Origin: a bacterium
GTDB taxonomy: Bacteria > Patescibacteriota > Minisyncoccia > 2-01-FULL-47-10 > JBBIMT01
Length of the DNA: 36,458 bases
Direction of reading: 5' to 3'
NCBI GenBank assembly: GCA_037443185.1
Contig: JBBIOV010000005.1
Span: forward strand, 1 to 36,458
Of this stretch, positions 36,047-36,458 are shown one piece after another (the stretch's first letter is position 1; the number at the start of each line of letters is the position of its first letter). Under the pieces are notes generated by a model. The model was not told the origin of the DNA. It searched no databases and was given only the letters and a program-made list of their open reading frames with translations. The position numbers and the translations under genes are program-made.

Positions 36047-36458
36047 ATGTTGTTAAATACAATCAGTAGAAAATATAAAATTGTTATAACCGTTTTATCT
36101 TTGATTGTTATTGCTTTTGTTGCGATCGCTCAAGGACCTCCGCCACCTCCCTCTCTTCCAGTGGGAAGAGGAGAGGCAACAGCAGATGAGCAGACTATAT
36201 CAGCGCTTAATGCTTTTAAGGATAAATTAGAAACATTAAAACAAAAATTTAATTCTTTACAACAAGATGCAGCGACTGTTTTGCGTCCTGTTTATTTAGT
36301 TTATGGCCATACTTTTGTACCCAATGTTTCGAGCAATAGAATAGATATTGAGATCAATAATTTTACAAAGGAAAAATACTCAAATTTCACTAAATTGTAT
36401 GAGAAATTCTTAAGCGAAAAATATCCTGACCTTAAAGAGGATTTTACTGGAGTTTTAG
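36047..36458 (+). CDS. 5' part of an exported protein (runs off the window edge)
   Basis: Manual translation MLLNTISRKYKIVITVLSLIVIAFVAIA-QGPPPPPSLPVG..., open to the window end; signal peptide with AIA cleavage site. Confidence 0.8.
   Translation, partial: MLLNTISRKYKIVITVLSLIVIAFVAIAQGPPPPPSLPVGRGEATADEQTISALNAFKDKLETLKQKFNSLQQDAATVLRPVYLVYGHTFVPNVSSNRIDIEINNFTKEKYSNFTKLYEKFLSEKYPDLKEDFTGVL

Noticed and set aside
1-36458. CRISPR array, IS/transposase, intron or intein
   Set aside because: No repeat-spacer periodicity, no transposase or RT motifs, and recA and gyrA are of normal length without intein insertions

Overview
AT-rich bacterial chromosomal segment in the standard code (TGA is a stop). 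Gene content and order point to Patescibacteria/CPR, probably Parcubacteria; this is inferred from rpsO-NYN-pnp, nusA-tig-clpP, an archaeal-type pyrH, tailed S1/S6, a stand-alone VirD4-like ATPase and a methyltransferase-SBP-pilin cluster. Most genes are housekeeping: rpsA, a Xer-like recombinase, tRNA-Arg(UCG), tRNA-Lys(CUU), recA, dtd-trpS-rpsF-ssb-rpsR, a MYG1/DHH-like protein, a CCA enzyme, rpsO, NYN, pnp, dksA/traR-like, comM, gpmI, clpP, tig, nusA, tsaD, yraN, pyrH, an MBL hydrolase and gyrA. A surface/pilin-like locus ends the window. No CRISPR, IS element or prophage is visible. The best leads are: a structured intergenic region containing a tRNA-minihelix-like hairpin ending in ACCA (15029-15086); a dif-like site on the xer promoter; a 649-aa multidomain protein with a C-terminal VirB2-like pilin; non-canonical catalytic or target residues in the CCA enzyme, ClpP and GyrA; and SD-less, near-leaderless starts alongside hairpin leaders (nusA, dksA, comM, pnp, rpsO). 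All calls were made by eye and none is database-verified.
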